This document shows, piece after piece, positions 54,396 through 64,000 of a stretch of DNA of 64,000 nucleotides; the stretch's first letter is position 1, and the number at the start of each line of letters is the position of its first letter. This DNA is from an uncultured Planctomycetaceae bacterium. Its GTDB lineage: Bacteria > Planctomycetota > Planctomycetia > Pirellulales > PALSA-1355. Made by a program: the position numbers and the translations under genes. The stretch lies in the NCBI GenBank assembly GCA_963785305.1, contig CAWAUV010000005.1:352001-416000 (forward strand), given 5' to 3'. The notes beneath the pieces are model-generated. The model worked only from the letters and a program-made list of their open reading frames with translations. It made no database searches and had not been told where the DNA came from.

Positions 54396-57300
54396 ATGAA
54401 TCTCGATTTGTCGCTCGCTCGAAGGGACGCCCCGATTCGCCATCGACCGCCACTTCGCCGGGCGCCGCGTGGCTTTCCTGGTTGGATTGGCGTTTGCCTT
54501 ACCATGTCTCGCGAGCGGCGAAGACGCGGCCCAAAAGATTTTTACGCAAGCCCCACAGGTCGCGCCGGCGGCAGGCGCCCCCCCGGCCACGGCCGCGGCG
54601 CCGCAAGCGAAACCCGATCGCAATGCCGGCCCGACGCCCTCCTGGATCTGGGGCGCCGACACCGAAAAGCAATACTTTGCCCGAAAGACGTTCACGGCGC
54701 CGGCCGGAATCAAAGCCGCGCATTTGGAAGCATCCTGCGACAATAGCGTGCGCGTGTTCGTCAACGGCCAGCCCGCGGGTTCGTCCGACGAATGGAACGA
54801 GCCGCTGGCGACCGATGTTTCGAAGTTCCTCAAGCCGGGCGAAAATGTGCTCACGGCCGAGATCACGAATCACGGTGGCCCGGCGGCCTTTGTGCTCGAG
54901 CTCGTTCTCACCTTGGCCGATGGCAAGACCGAGAAGATCGTGACCGATGGCTCGTGGCAAATGACCGAGCATCGGGAAGGCGGCGCCGGTTCGCCGGCGA
55001 AAATCGTGGCAAAATATGGCGCCGCGCCCTGGGGGCCGGTGTTCGACAATGTGAGCGGCGGCAGCAAGGTAGCCCGCAACTTGTTCAATTTGCCGCCCGG
55101 TTTTCAGGTCGAATTGCTCTTCACCGTGCCCAAGAGCGAACTTGGTTCCTGGGTCTGCATCACGACCGACAACAAGGGCCGGCTCATCGTCAGCGATCAG
55201 GACAACAAGGGGCTTTGCCGAGTGACGCCTTCGCCGGTCGGCAGCCAGGAGCCCACGCAGGTCGAGCGGCTCGATGTGAAAATGTCGGGCGCCCAGGGCA
55301 TGCTCTGGGCCTTCGATAGCCTCTATGTCACGGCCAACGGCGGCCCGGGCAGCGGGCTCTATCGGCTGCGCGACACGAATGGCGACGACCAGTTCGACGA
55401 AGTGGTGAAGCTCAAGGAATTTCGCGGCGGCGGGGAACACGGTCCGCATTCGCTGCGACTTTCGCCCGACGGCAAGCGTATCGTGGCCATGGCCGGCAAT
55501 CACACCCGGCCGCCCTTCGACCGCGAATTGAACTCGCCGGTGCAGACGATGGGCGGCGTGCGTCCGGAGCAATTGCATGCCACGCTCCCGCCCGACTCGG
55601 CCAGTCGGCTGATGCCCAATTGGGATGAAGACCTCCTCCTGCCGCGCCAATGGGACGGCAACGGCCACGCCGCGGGCATTCTCGCGCCCGGCGGCTGGAT
55701 CGCCAAGACCGATCCCGATGGCAAGACTTGGGATATCATCGCCAGTGGTTTCCGCAATGAATTCGACATGGCGTTCAACGCCGATGGCGAGTTGTTCGTC
55801 TACGACGCCGACATGGAATGGGACTACGGGATGCCCTGGTATCGGCCGACGCGCGTGGTGCATGCTCGCGAGCGGAGCCGAGTTCGGCTGGCGGAGCGGC
55901 ACCGGAAAGTGGCCCGCCTATTATGTGGACAGTCTGCCGGAGCGATCGTCGATATCGGGCCCGGCTCGCCGGTGGGCGTCGAATTCGGCTACGGCGCGAA
56001 GTTTCCCGCCAAATATCAAAAGGCGCTGTTCATCTGCGATTGGACTTTCGGCACCATGTACGCCATTCACCTCACGCCCTCGGGCGCGAGCTATCGGGCC
56101 GAGAAAGAGGAATTCGTCTCGCGCACTCCGCTGCCGCTGACCGATGTGACCGTGGGCCGCGACGGAGCCATGTACTTCACGATCGGCGGGCGCGGCGGAC
56201 AATCGGAACTTTATCGCGTGACCTATGTCGGCAGCGAGCCGACGACGACGGTCGACATGCATGACCCTCGCGATGGCAAGCTGCGCAAGCTGCGCCACGA
56301 GATCGAGGCCTATCATCGTCCTGGCGCCGACGCGGCCAAGGCCACGGCGTTTCTCGCTCCGCTCTTGGGTCATGCCGATCGGACGATCCGTTATGCGGCC
56401 CGAGTCGGCGCTCGAGCGATTGCCGGTCGCCGCATGGCAAGATCGCGTGCTCGCGGCTAGCGAGCCCGAAGCGATCATCACCGGCGTGGTGGGCCTCGCG
56501 CGGCAGGCCGATGCGCCGCTCGCCCCGAGGCTGCTGGCGGCGCTCGACAAGGTCGGCTTCTCGCCGCTTTCGGAATCGGGGCAGCTCGACCTGTTGCGGG
56601 CCTATCAACTGACCTTCTTGCGGCTCGGCTTGCCGCCGGAAGCCTCGCGCAAATCGCTGGGTGAAAAGTTCGACCGCGCTGTTTCCAAGCAACTCGGAAT
56701 TCGTGAATCGCGAGATCGCGATCCTCATGGTGGGTCTCGAATCGCCGGGCGCCGCCCGCAAAATCGTTCCGCTGCTCAAGCGGGAACGCGTGGCCTCGGC
56801 CGGACCTGAACTGGGCGATGTGCTGAGCCGCAACCCGGGCTATGGCAACACCGTGGCCGCGGTGCGGGCCAACCAGCCCGACGCCCAGCAGATTGCCTAT
56901 GTGTTCGCCCTGCGAAACCTGAAAACCGGTTGGACTGCCGAAGAGCGCCGGGCCTATTTCGCGTGGTTCGAGAAAGCGCGTGGTTGGAGCGGCGGCAACA
57001 GCTATCAAAAGTTCCTGACCCATATCGAGGACGACGCTTTCGCCAACGCCTCGGACATCGACCGCCTGTTGATTCAATCGGCCGGCCTCCGCAAGCCCTA
57101 CAAGGCGCCGGAGTTGCCCAAGCCGGTCGGGCCGGGCAAGGATTACACCGTGGCCGATCTCGTGGCCGCGGTGGGCGACGGGATGAAGGGCCGGAATTTC
57201 AAGCATGGCCAGAAGATGTTCGCCGCGGCTCGCTGCGTGGTTTGCCATCGCTTCAACAACGACGGTGGCGACACCGGGCCCGACCTCACTCAAGCCGCCG

Positions 57301-57638
57301 GGCGGTTTAGCGTGAAGGATATGGCCGAGTCGATCGTCGATCCGAGCAAGGTGGTTTCCGACCAGTACCGCACCACGGTTGTGCAGACCGACGATGGCAA
57401 GACCTACACCGGCCGCGTGATCGCCGTGTCGCCGGAATCGATTACGCTGCTCGCCGATCCGGAAGACGCGAGCAAGACGGTCGTGATTCCGAAGAAAGAG
57501 ATCGAGCACCAGCAGCTTTCGCCGGTGTCGCTCATGCCGAAAGACCTGCTCAAGTCGCTCAATCAAAATGAAGTGCTCGATCTCTTGGCGTATTTGCTCT
57601 CGAAGGGCAATCCGCAAGATCCGATCTTCAAGAAATGA
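54396..57638 (+). CDS. Large PVC-type dehydrogenase-like protein: beta-sandwich, beta-propeller, HEAT-like repeats, cytochrome c domain; several frameshifts
   Basis: [47 protein letters not shown], heme motif CVVCH, GPDLT, SIVDPS, SLMP; start uncertain. Confidence 0.8.
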
Positions 57639-57688
57639 GCGGCGGCGGCGTCTAAAAGACTGATCTTCGAACCCTCGCGAGGCTGTCG

Positions 57689-58096
57689 ATGTCCTTTGTC
57701 GCGGAACGCCCGGAAACCCACTCCCTAGTCATGGGCTATGTGCTCTGGATCTTCGGATTCACCGGCTCCCATCGCTTTTACTACGGTAAACCGATCACCG
57801 GCACCATCTGGCTCTTCACCGGCGGGCTGTTTCTCGTCGGCTGGATCGTCGATCTGTTTCTGATTCCTGGCATGGACCGCAAGGCCGATCGACGCTTTGT
57901 CGCCGGCCCTTACGATTATTCGATCGCCTGGATCTTACTGACGTTCTTCGGCTATCTCGGCCTGCATCGCCTGTATCTCGGCAAGGTCGTGAGCGGGATC
58001 ATCTACTTGCTCACCTTGGGCCTCGTTGGCATCGGCGTCATTTATGATTTCTGGACGTTGAACGAACAAATCAGCGATCGCAATCTTCGCCCATGA
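57689..58096 (+). CDS. TM2/NINE domain membrane protein (two TM2 repeats)
   Basis: GFTGSHRFYYGK and GYLGLHRLYLGK. Confidence 0.88.
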   Translation: MSFVAERPETHSLVMGYVLWIFGFTGSHRFYYGKPITGTIWLFTGGLFLVGWIVDLFLIPGMDRKADRRFVAGPYDYSIAWILLTFFGYLGLHRLYLGKVVSGIIYLLTLGLVGIGVIYDFWTLNEQISDRNLRP

Positions 58097-58141
58097 AATT
58101 GAAACCGCGATATTGTGTCTCGCGCGGCCATGCGGGAGACG

Positions 58142-58159
58142 TTTCCAAGCAATTGGAAA
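58142..58159. terminator. Hairpin between convergent genes
   Basis: TTTCCAA-GCAA-TTGGAAA: 7-bp stem with GNRA loop. Confidence 0.4.
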
Positions 58160-58232
58160 TCGATCGTATTTGGCGTGGCCGAGCGCGGAATGGCCGAGCG
58201 CGGCGCGGCCTGATGAATATTTCGACGGTCCG

Positions 58233-58970
58233 CTAACTCGTCCCGAACATGAAGTCCATGAGATCGCGCGTGCCCAGGGTGCGGGGGCTGGCGAAGAGTT
58301 CTCCAGCGGCGTAGCCGGCCGCGAGGCCCTGTTGCAATGCCACGGCCCGCACTCGGTCGAACACATACTCCTTCGCCGGCGGAAACTGCGTCTTATAACA
58401 CCGCACCGCGTCGAGCTTCGTTTCCAAGGTGTCGCTGATATCGTTCACGAAGTGGCCGGGGTAGACCGGCGGCGAGATCGTGCCGAACGCCAACGAGTAA
58501 TAAAGCTGCATCGGCACGGTGTGAACGGGCAGACCATCGAAGTGTTCGTCCCATTTCGTCAAACGTGAATAGAACACGGCGGCGTCGGTGATTTGCATCG
58601 CTTGCCAATGATCGGGCGAGGCCAGCGGCGTTTTTTCGCCAAAGCCCAGCACCAGCCGCGGCCGATAGCGGCGAAACTCCTTGCCCAGCGCCACGCGAGC
58701 CTCGAAGGTGTCGAACAGCCGCCGGTTGGGCAAATCAAGTTGCACCCGCGCCGCCACTCCCAGCGCTCGCGCCGCCGCCTCGGCTTCGGCGAGCCGAGTC
58801 TCGGGGCCGGGCGAGTGGGGCGTTGGCTCGCCATCGGTCAGGTCGATGATGCCGACGCGATAACCTTGCCTCGCGAGTCGAGCCAATGTGCCACCGCAGC
58901 CGATCTCGACATCGTCGGGATGCGCGCCCACGGCAATCACGTCGAGCTGCTGGGGAGCCGATGCGGTCAT
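58233..58970 (-). CDS. PIG-L family deacetylase (BshB1-like)
   Basis: [36 protein letters not shown]. Confidence 0.9.
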   Translation of the reverse strand: MTASAPQQLDVIAVGAHPDDVEIGCGGTLARLARQGYRVGIIDLTDGEPTPHSPGPETRLAEAEAAARALGVAARVQLDLPNRRLFDTFEARVALGKEFRRYRPRLVLGFGEKTPLASPDHWQAMQITDAAVFYSRLTKWDEHFDGLPVHTVPMQLYYSLAFGTISPPVYPGHFVNDISDTLETKLDAVRCYKTQFPPAKEYVFDRVRAVALQQGLAAGYAAGELFASPRTLGTRDLMDFMFGTS

Positions 58971-59094
58971 ATTTTATGGGGTCGCGAGATGTTTTTTTGG
59001 AGCGTAGCCAGGGACGGACACGAAAAAATACAAAAGCGCCATCATGGAAAACGACGCGCTGGCACGCGTCGCCGCGGTCCGAATCTCCGGTCAG

Positions 59095-60352
59095 CTAGTT
59101 TGTCGTCGCGCCGTCGGGCTTGATCACCGCCAGCAAAAACGTGGGGTTCATCGCTTCCAGACGCACGCGTTCCAGTTGATAGGTGCCGCGCGAGAGATTG
59201 ACCATCCATAGTTTCACGTCCGACGACAGCCGGTGCAGCGCTTGATGCACCGCGGCCACATTGTCGATGCTGCCCACGCTCGTGACGAGTCGCCCGCCCG
59301 GCCGCAAGCGATCGAAAGCCGCCTCCACCACGCCGCTCACCTCGCGGCCGCTGCCGCCGACGAAGATCGCATCGGGGTCGGGCAGGTCGCTCCAGGCTGC
59401 CGGCGCGTGGCCCAAGATCGGCACGAGATTCGTAACCCCGAACCGTTCCGCGTTGGCCATGATGAGCGAATGGTCTTCGGCGTCCATCTCGATGGCATAC
59501 ACCGCGCCGCCCGAGGCGATTTGCGCCGCCTCGATCGACACCGAACCGCTCCCGGCGCCCACATCCCAGACCACGCTGCTGGGCCCCAGGTCCATTTCCG
59601 CCAGGGCCATGGCCCGCACCTCGGCCGGAGTAAGCAGGCCGCGCTTGGGCTTGGTTTGCAGAAAAGCTTCGTCGGGATTACCGAACAGCCGCCGGCCGAT
59701 CGCCTCGCTCGGGCGGTCGGGCACATTCGGCTTGCGCACCAGGATCATTACATTGAGCGGCGAAAACTCGGCTCCGGCGATTTCCGCGAGCTCGCCTTGC
59801 GTGACGCGTTCGTCGGGCGAGCCGAGATTCTCGCACACATAGGCCGAGAAATAATCGATGCGCCGCTCGAGCAGCGAAGCCGCCACGGTCGCCGGCGGGC
59901 AGGCTTCGCTCGTGAAGAGGCCCACCTTGGCCGCGATGCGAATCTTTTCGAGCACCGTCTCGATCTTGTGATTGGCCAGATTCGTGAGAAACGCTTCTTC
60001 CCAACTTTCTTTCACGCGGGCAAACGCGAGTTGCATGCTGCTCACATGCGGCACGACGATAAATCGATCCTTGCCAAGCTTGTCGCACAAGTACCGGGCC
60101 ACGCCATAGAACAGCGGGTCGCCCGAGGCGAGCACTACCACTCGGCGCTCGCCGGTCTTGGCCAAGCGTTCGACGACTTCGTCGAGCGAGCCGCCGATGA
60201 CGAGCCTTTTCGCGGGCGGCGCGGCGGTCTTGGAGAGCATGCTTTCGGCGCCGGCCAAGAGATCGGCATCGGCGATCAGCCCAGCGCGCCGCCGTGGTGA
60301 GGCCGTCGAGCCCATCGTCGCCGATGCCGATGATATGAATTTTAGCGTCCAT
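59095..60352 (-). CDS. cbiET: Bifunctional CbiE/CbiT (CobL-type) precorrin methyltransferase; frameshift near 60290
   Basis: IHIIGIGDDG, LASGDPLFYG, ENLGSPDE, WDVGAGSGSVSIE, PDAIFVGG, PGGRLV. Confidence 0.88.
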
Positions 60353-60490
60353 GGATTCGGGCCAATTCGCGAGACGGGCCAATCCGCGCGAGACGTGCCA
60401 GCCGAACGACCATCGACGGCGCCCGCCTTCGGGGAAATGAAGCCCGATTCTAAATCATAAGTTCGCGGGGCGGAAGCCTATGCAACGCGC

Positions 60491-60528
60491 AAAGGGCGGC
60501 GCCGCGCGAACTTCGCCCGACGCCGCCC
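60491..60528 (-). terminator. Possible intrinsic terminator after the 60559..61692 gene
   Basis: GGGCGGCG (60494-60501) / CGCCGCCC (60521-60528) stem, followed by TTT on the minus strand. Confidence 0.35.
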
Positions 60529-60558
60529 CCCGCGGTTTTTGAAGAGCCCCGCCGCGGC

Positions 60559-61692
60559 TCAGAAATCTTCTTCGCGAGCCGGTTTTGCTTTTTCGCCCGA
60601 GCCGCCCGCCGACTTTTCCTTGGCGCCGGCGTGCTTCTCGCCCGGCTTGGCGCCTTGTTTGGCGTGTTCATGTTCATGATGGCGGCGGTGCATGGCGGCC
60701 AACTGCTCCAGGCATTGTTCATGGTCTTTGATAAATGCCCACACATCGTCGGCCGGCGCTTTCCAGAGCACGATCAGGCTCTTGCCCTCGCGCTCGATGC
60801 GCACCGGCTCGACCAGCTTCTTGCAGCTAGCGTCGTCGGCGCATTTGAGCGAGGCCATTGCCTTGGCGCCTTCGGCGACTTGCACCATTTGAGCCGCCGC
60901 CTCGTCGGTGGTCATCGTCACACGCACGCGGAAGAACGATTTTCCTTCGTTTTCGCCCGTCACCATGCGAAACGATTCGGTCTGCCGGGCGACCGAGTCC
61001 TTGCATGGCAACTCAGCCTTCGACACGCCGATCACGCGAAACAGCATCGTGGTTCCCGGCGGGACGATGCCCGAGAGTTTGGAACCCTCGCCTTTGGACC
61101 CTTCGCCCTTGGAGCTATCGGCAAGCGATCTCGCTTTGCCATCGAGCACATCGAGGGCGGCGCGCAGTTCGTCGAAGCTGCTGGCCACGACCAAGTGATT
61201 GTCGTCGAATGTGGCGGCGACCACCGTGGCATGCGACCGGTCGGGACGCGGCCAAGAGTGGAGCTCGCGGTCGCCATGCTTGGCCGATTCGTGGCCCGGC
61301 GCTTTAGAGCCCCAGTCGAGGAGGCGCTGCTGGTCGAGCTTGGCGTCGAGGATCATCACGCCGGTTTCCTTGCCCACTTGCTTGCCATAGAAGGTGGCGC
61401 CGTGAAGGTCATGCCGCGGGTCCATGCCGAGCATTTGCGTGGCCATCTTCATTTTGTCTTCCATGCCAGGATGCTTTTCCTTGGCTCGCTCGTACATGTG
61501 CCTGACGATGGTACTGGAGCGCACCGCGTCGAAGTCGACATGGCCGAGCCACGTGGCGTCGGCGGCAACTTGCTTTTCATCGAGCGGGGCCGCCTGGACC
61601 CCTGGCGCGCCCATCGCGAGAATCGCCGCCAAGAACAACGCCGCGCTGATGCTTGCCTCCATCGCAAGCCGGTTAATCCGCCTGATTCGCAT
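60559..61692 (-). CDS. Hypothetical secreted protein
   Basis: Signal peptide ending VQA-AP, long uninterrupted ORF, His/Lys/Glu-rich tail; GAGG RBS. Confidence 0.7.
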   Translation of the reverse strand: MRIRRINRLAMEASISAALFLAAILAMGAPGVQAAPLDEKQVAADATWLGHVDFDAVRSSTIVRHMYERAKEKHPGMEDKMKMATQMLGMDPRHDLHGATFYGKQVGKETGVMILDAKLDQQRLLDWGSKAPGHESAKHGDRELHSWPRPDRSHATVVAATFDDNHLVVASSFDELRAALDVLDGKARSLADSSKGEGSKGEGSKLSGIVPPGTTMLFRVIGVSKAELPCKDSVARQTESFRMVTGENEGKSFFRVRVTMTTDEAAAQMVQVAEGAKAMASLKCADDASCKKLVEPVRIEREGKSLIVLWKAPADDVWAFIKDHEQCLEQLAAMHRRHHEHEHAKQGAKPGEKHAGAKEKSAGGSGEKAKPAREEDF

Positions 61693-61850
61693 TTGATCGC
61701 CTCGATTTTCGATAGGGGTGCGGAAAAGAATAGCGCGGTGGCCCCGATCGCCACCGCGCTGTCGATGTGTGGGTCTTAATGGATACCTTAGTCGATGGTC
61801 GAAAGTTTCCACAATCGCCCCGATCGAGCGGATTCGCGTTTTGCTCGGTG

Positions 61851-62696
61851 CTAGCGTGGCCCGGCGCTTGGACTGCCGGCGAGCGACGCCGCGTTGTCGC
61901 GAGATTTTTGGACCTGCTCGACCGCGTCGGCGGCCGCTTCCAATTCCCCGGACATGAAATAGGGCTCGCTCTCGGCATTAAGGCGTTCGATGCGCTTGGC
62001 GGCCAAGTCGCTCCAACTCATGCCGGAGGCCAAATGCCACGCCGCCGCTTGACACGCTCGCTGATCGATGGCGCCGGCGCCGAGTCGGGCCAGCAGTTCG
62101 CTCACGCCTGGGGCGCTCGTCACCTCCTCGACCGGGCAGAGCTCGTACGTATTGCGTGGCTTCGGCTCGCGCTTGCCATGTTCGAGGCACACGGTGTCGA
62201 GCTTCATCTCGATGAGTTGCTCGGGCTCGATATTCAAGAAGCCTCGGTTACCGATGAGTCCGCGCGGGCGATTTTGATTCGATTGCGGTCCGCCGATGCC
62301 CATTGCTTGGGGAGCGTTGGCGTTGTTTTGGCCGCCCATGGAGCCCGTCATCCCGACGCCAGCGCCCATGTTGAATTGCGCGAGCACCGGCCGCGCCGCC
62401 ATCGCCGCGGGCAATTGCACCGACAATGGGCGCTTGGCCACATTCTTAACTAGCAGTCGGCCCTGGCGATCGTTCTTGGGAATGAACTTCACGTCGAGCT
62501 CGCCAGACTTCATGCCGGCAAACAACTCCACGCCGCCGCGCACGGGCGGAGCGCTGGGCTCGGCCGCGTTTCTTTCTTGGGCGGCGAGCCCCTGGGGCCC
62601 CAGCATCGCGCCGCAACAGCCCACGAAGCCCACGAGACAAAGGCGCGCGAGACGTGGCGCTGCGTCGACCGCTCGTTTCAAGTTCGCTTGGTTCAA
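61851..62696 (-). CDS. Hypothetical secreted protein (planctomycete type)
   Basis: Signal-like N-terminus, VELFAGM, Gly/Met-rich loop, VCLEHGK.EP, QAAAWH. Confidence 0.7.
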   Translation of the reverse strand: MNQANLKRAVDAAPRLARLCLVGFVGCCGAMLGPQGLAAQERNAAEPSAPPVRGGVELFAGMKSGELDVKFIPKNDRQGRLLVKNVAKRPLSVQLPAAMAARPVLAQFNMGAGVGMTGSMGGQNNANAPQAMGIGGPQSNQNRPRGLIGNRGFLNIEPEQLIEMKLDTVCLEHGKREPKPRNTYELCPVEEVTSAPGVSELLARLGAGAIDQRACQAAAWHLASGMSWSDLAAKRIERLNAESEPYFMSGELEAAADAVEQVQKSRDNAASLAGSPSAGPR

Positions 62697-63063
62697 AACA
62701 GCGAGCTACCCAACCATGCAACGATTTCATGACGCCTCTCCTCAATGCGTGAGATAGGTCCGACGGACGCACGAGCCCGTTCCGAGGAGGCGTCATGCGC
62801 CGCGGCGAGCGAGACCAAAGATGAGACCGAAATGTGCTCGCCACCCACACGATACCGCTCGCGGGCGTCCGAGTGCAAGCGAAACTCCCGGAATTTTTCG
62901 GAAATCCTGGCGACTTTCTCGCGCTGCTACCAACGCTCGCTCGCGCGGCATATACTGCAATGGTTCGGCCATTCATGACCCATTCGAGGCGCGGCCGAGA
63001 CCTGAACAGGCGGCTATCCAAACGCCTATTCGCGCGAGCCGCGCGCGGGAAAATGTCGTCGTC

Positions 63064-63351
63064 ATGCAGCGCTGCGAGGTCTTTTATTCGGGCCGGGTAC
63101 AAGGTGTCGGCTTTCGCTACACGGCGAGGCGGCTGACGGCGGGATTTGTCGTTACCGGCTTCGTGCAAAACCTGCCCGATGGCCGTGTTTGGCTCGTGGC
63201 CGAAGGGTCGGCGGCGGAACTCGACGCTTTTCTCGCCGCGATCGCCGACGAATTGGACCGGCATATCCACTCGGTCGAGCAAACCCGGCTCGAGGCCAGC
63301 GGTGAATTCGCCGACTTCGGCGTTCGATTTCAAGACTTCGGCGGCCCGTGA
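63064..63351 (+). CDS. acyP: Acylphosphatase
   Basis: SGRVQGVGFRY, GFVQNLPDGRV..AEG. Confidence 0.92.
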   Translation: MQRCEVFYSGRVQGVGFRYTARRLTAGFVVTGFVQNLPDGRVWLVAEGSAAELDAFLAAIADELDRHIHSVEQTRLEASGEFADFGVRFQDFGGP

Positions 63352-63511
63352 GCGGACTTCTCGCTGGGCCGCTCGACGGCAAGGCTTTTTACAAATAAAC
63401 TACCGGGCTGTTTGAACCTCTTTCCGCGCCGCCGCGTACAACTCGTTTGGCGAGCATGGGATCGCTTCATTTGGCCCGGGTCTTCGGCATTCGTCCGTTG
63501 AGGAGCTGTTT

Positions 63512-64000
63512 GTGATTGTTCTCGGTTTGGCGAGCACTTGGATGACGCCCTTGTGGCTGCTCAGCGTGGGCGCGGCGATTTTTCTAGTCGGGCTAGGACT
63601 CATTTATGGCGTGCTCCGGCTGGCGCGACCCTCGGCCGCACTGGAGATGGAAGAGGGTGTGCGCGAGGGGATGCTGCTGCCGATCATGTATCTGTTGGCG
63701 ATCATGGCGATCTTCTCTCTCGCCGGACTGGCCAAGGTTCCGGCCCGAACATTGCTCGCGGCCGTGGGTCGGCTGCCGGCGGTGGGCGAGCATCAGGTGG
63801 ATTTGGAAGTGCCGCCGGCGACGCCGGAATATGTCTGGCTGCTCGATTTTCGCAATTCCGAGCTGCAAGCGTATCGCATCGAAAGCGATCGGCCGATCAC
63901 GGTGAACACCTATCTGACCAAGGGCATTCTCACGCTCGGGCTCTTTCGCGTGTCGGCGAATCATCCGGTCGAATATCGCCGGCTCGTGGCCAGCGAAAAG
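63512..64000 (+). CDS. Membrane protein, 5' part only (possibly an ABC permease)
   Basis: GAGGAG RBS, GTG 63512, frame open to the window end: IVLGLASTWMTPLWLLSVGAAIFLVGLGLIYG..., two hydrophobic segments. Confidence 0.6.
   Translation, partial: MIVLGLASTWMTPLWLLSVGAAIFLVGLGLIYGVLRLARPSAALEMEEGVREGMLLPIMYLLAIMAIFSLAGLAKVPARTLLAAVGRLPAVGEHQVDLEVPPATPEYVWLLDFRNSELQAYRIESDRPITVNTYLTKGILTLGLFRVSANHPVEYRRLVASEK

Overview
High-GC bacterial chromosome segment, most consistent with a planctomycete (Pirellulales-like). The basis is the gene repertoire: a PQQ-propeller protein, an FHA/GAF sigma-54 activator, a PVC-type heme-binding dehydrogenase, an SgcJ-like plus Gly-rich TPR pair and a very long FliD. 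About 48 genes, mostly housekeeping or metabolic (prc, cbiX, 5-oxoprolinase, ferritin, glnK, aquaporin, gluQ, fliS/fliD, comEC, bioB, rarA, uppP, pcm, cbiET, acyP). Roughly 20 genes are split by frame switches, most likely uncorrected long-read indels rather than real pseudogenes. One complete IS (ISKra4/IS256-like, 24574-26290) has 22-bp terminal inverted repeats and a perfect 9-bp target duplication. Most notable candidates: (1) an ABC-ATPase + TOPRIM-like (DUF3226-type) cassette wedged inside a sugar-catabolism operon, resembling PARIS/OLD anti-phage systems; (2) a stand-alone acyl carrier protein + divergent alpha-oxoamine synthase operon whose two products both end in RKAA, a possible ClpXP degron; (3) a doubled FlmG-like TPR-glycosyltransferase upstream of a giant repeat-expanded FliD; (4) an apparently exported L-isoaspartyl methyltransferase. 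No rRNA, tRNA or CRISPR array was recognised. All family assignments come from motif recognition by eye; no database search was run.
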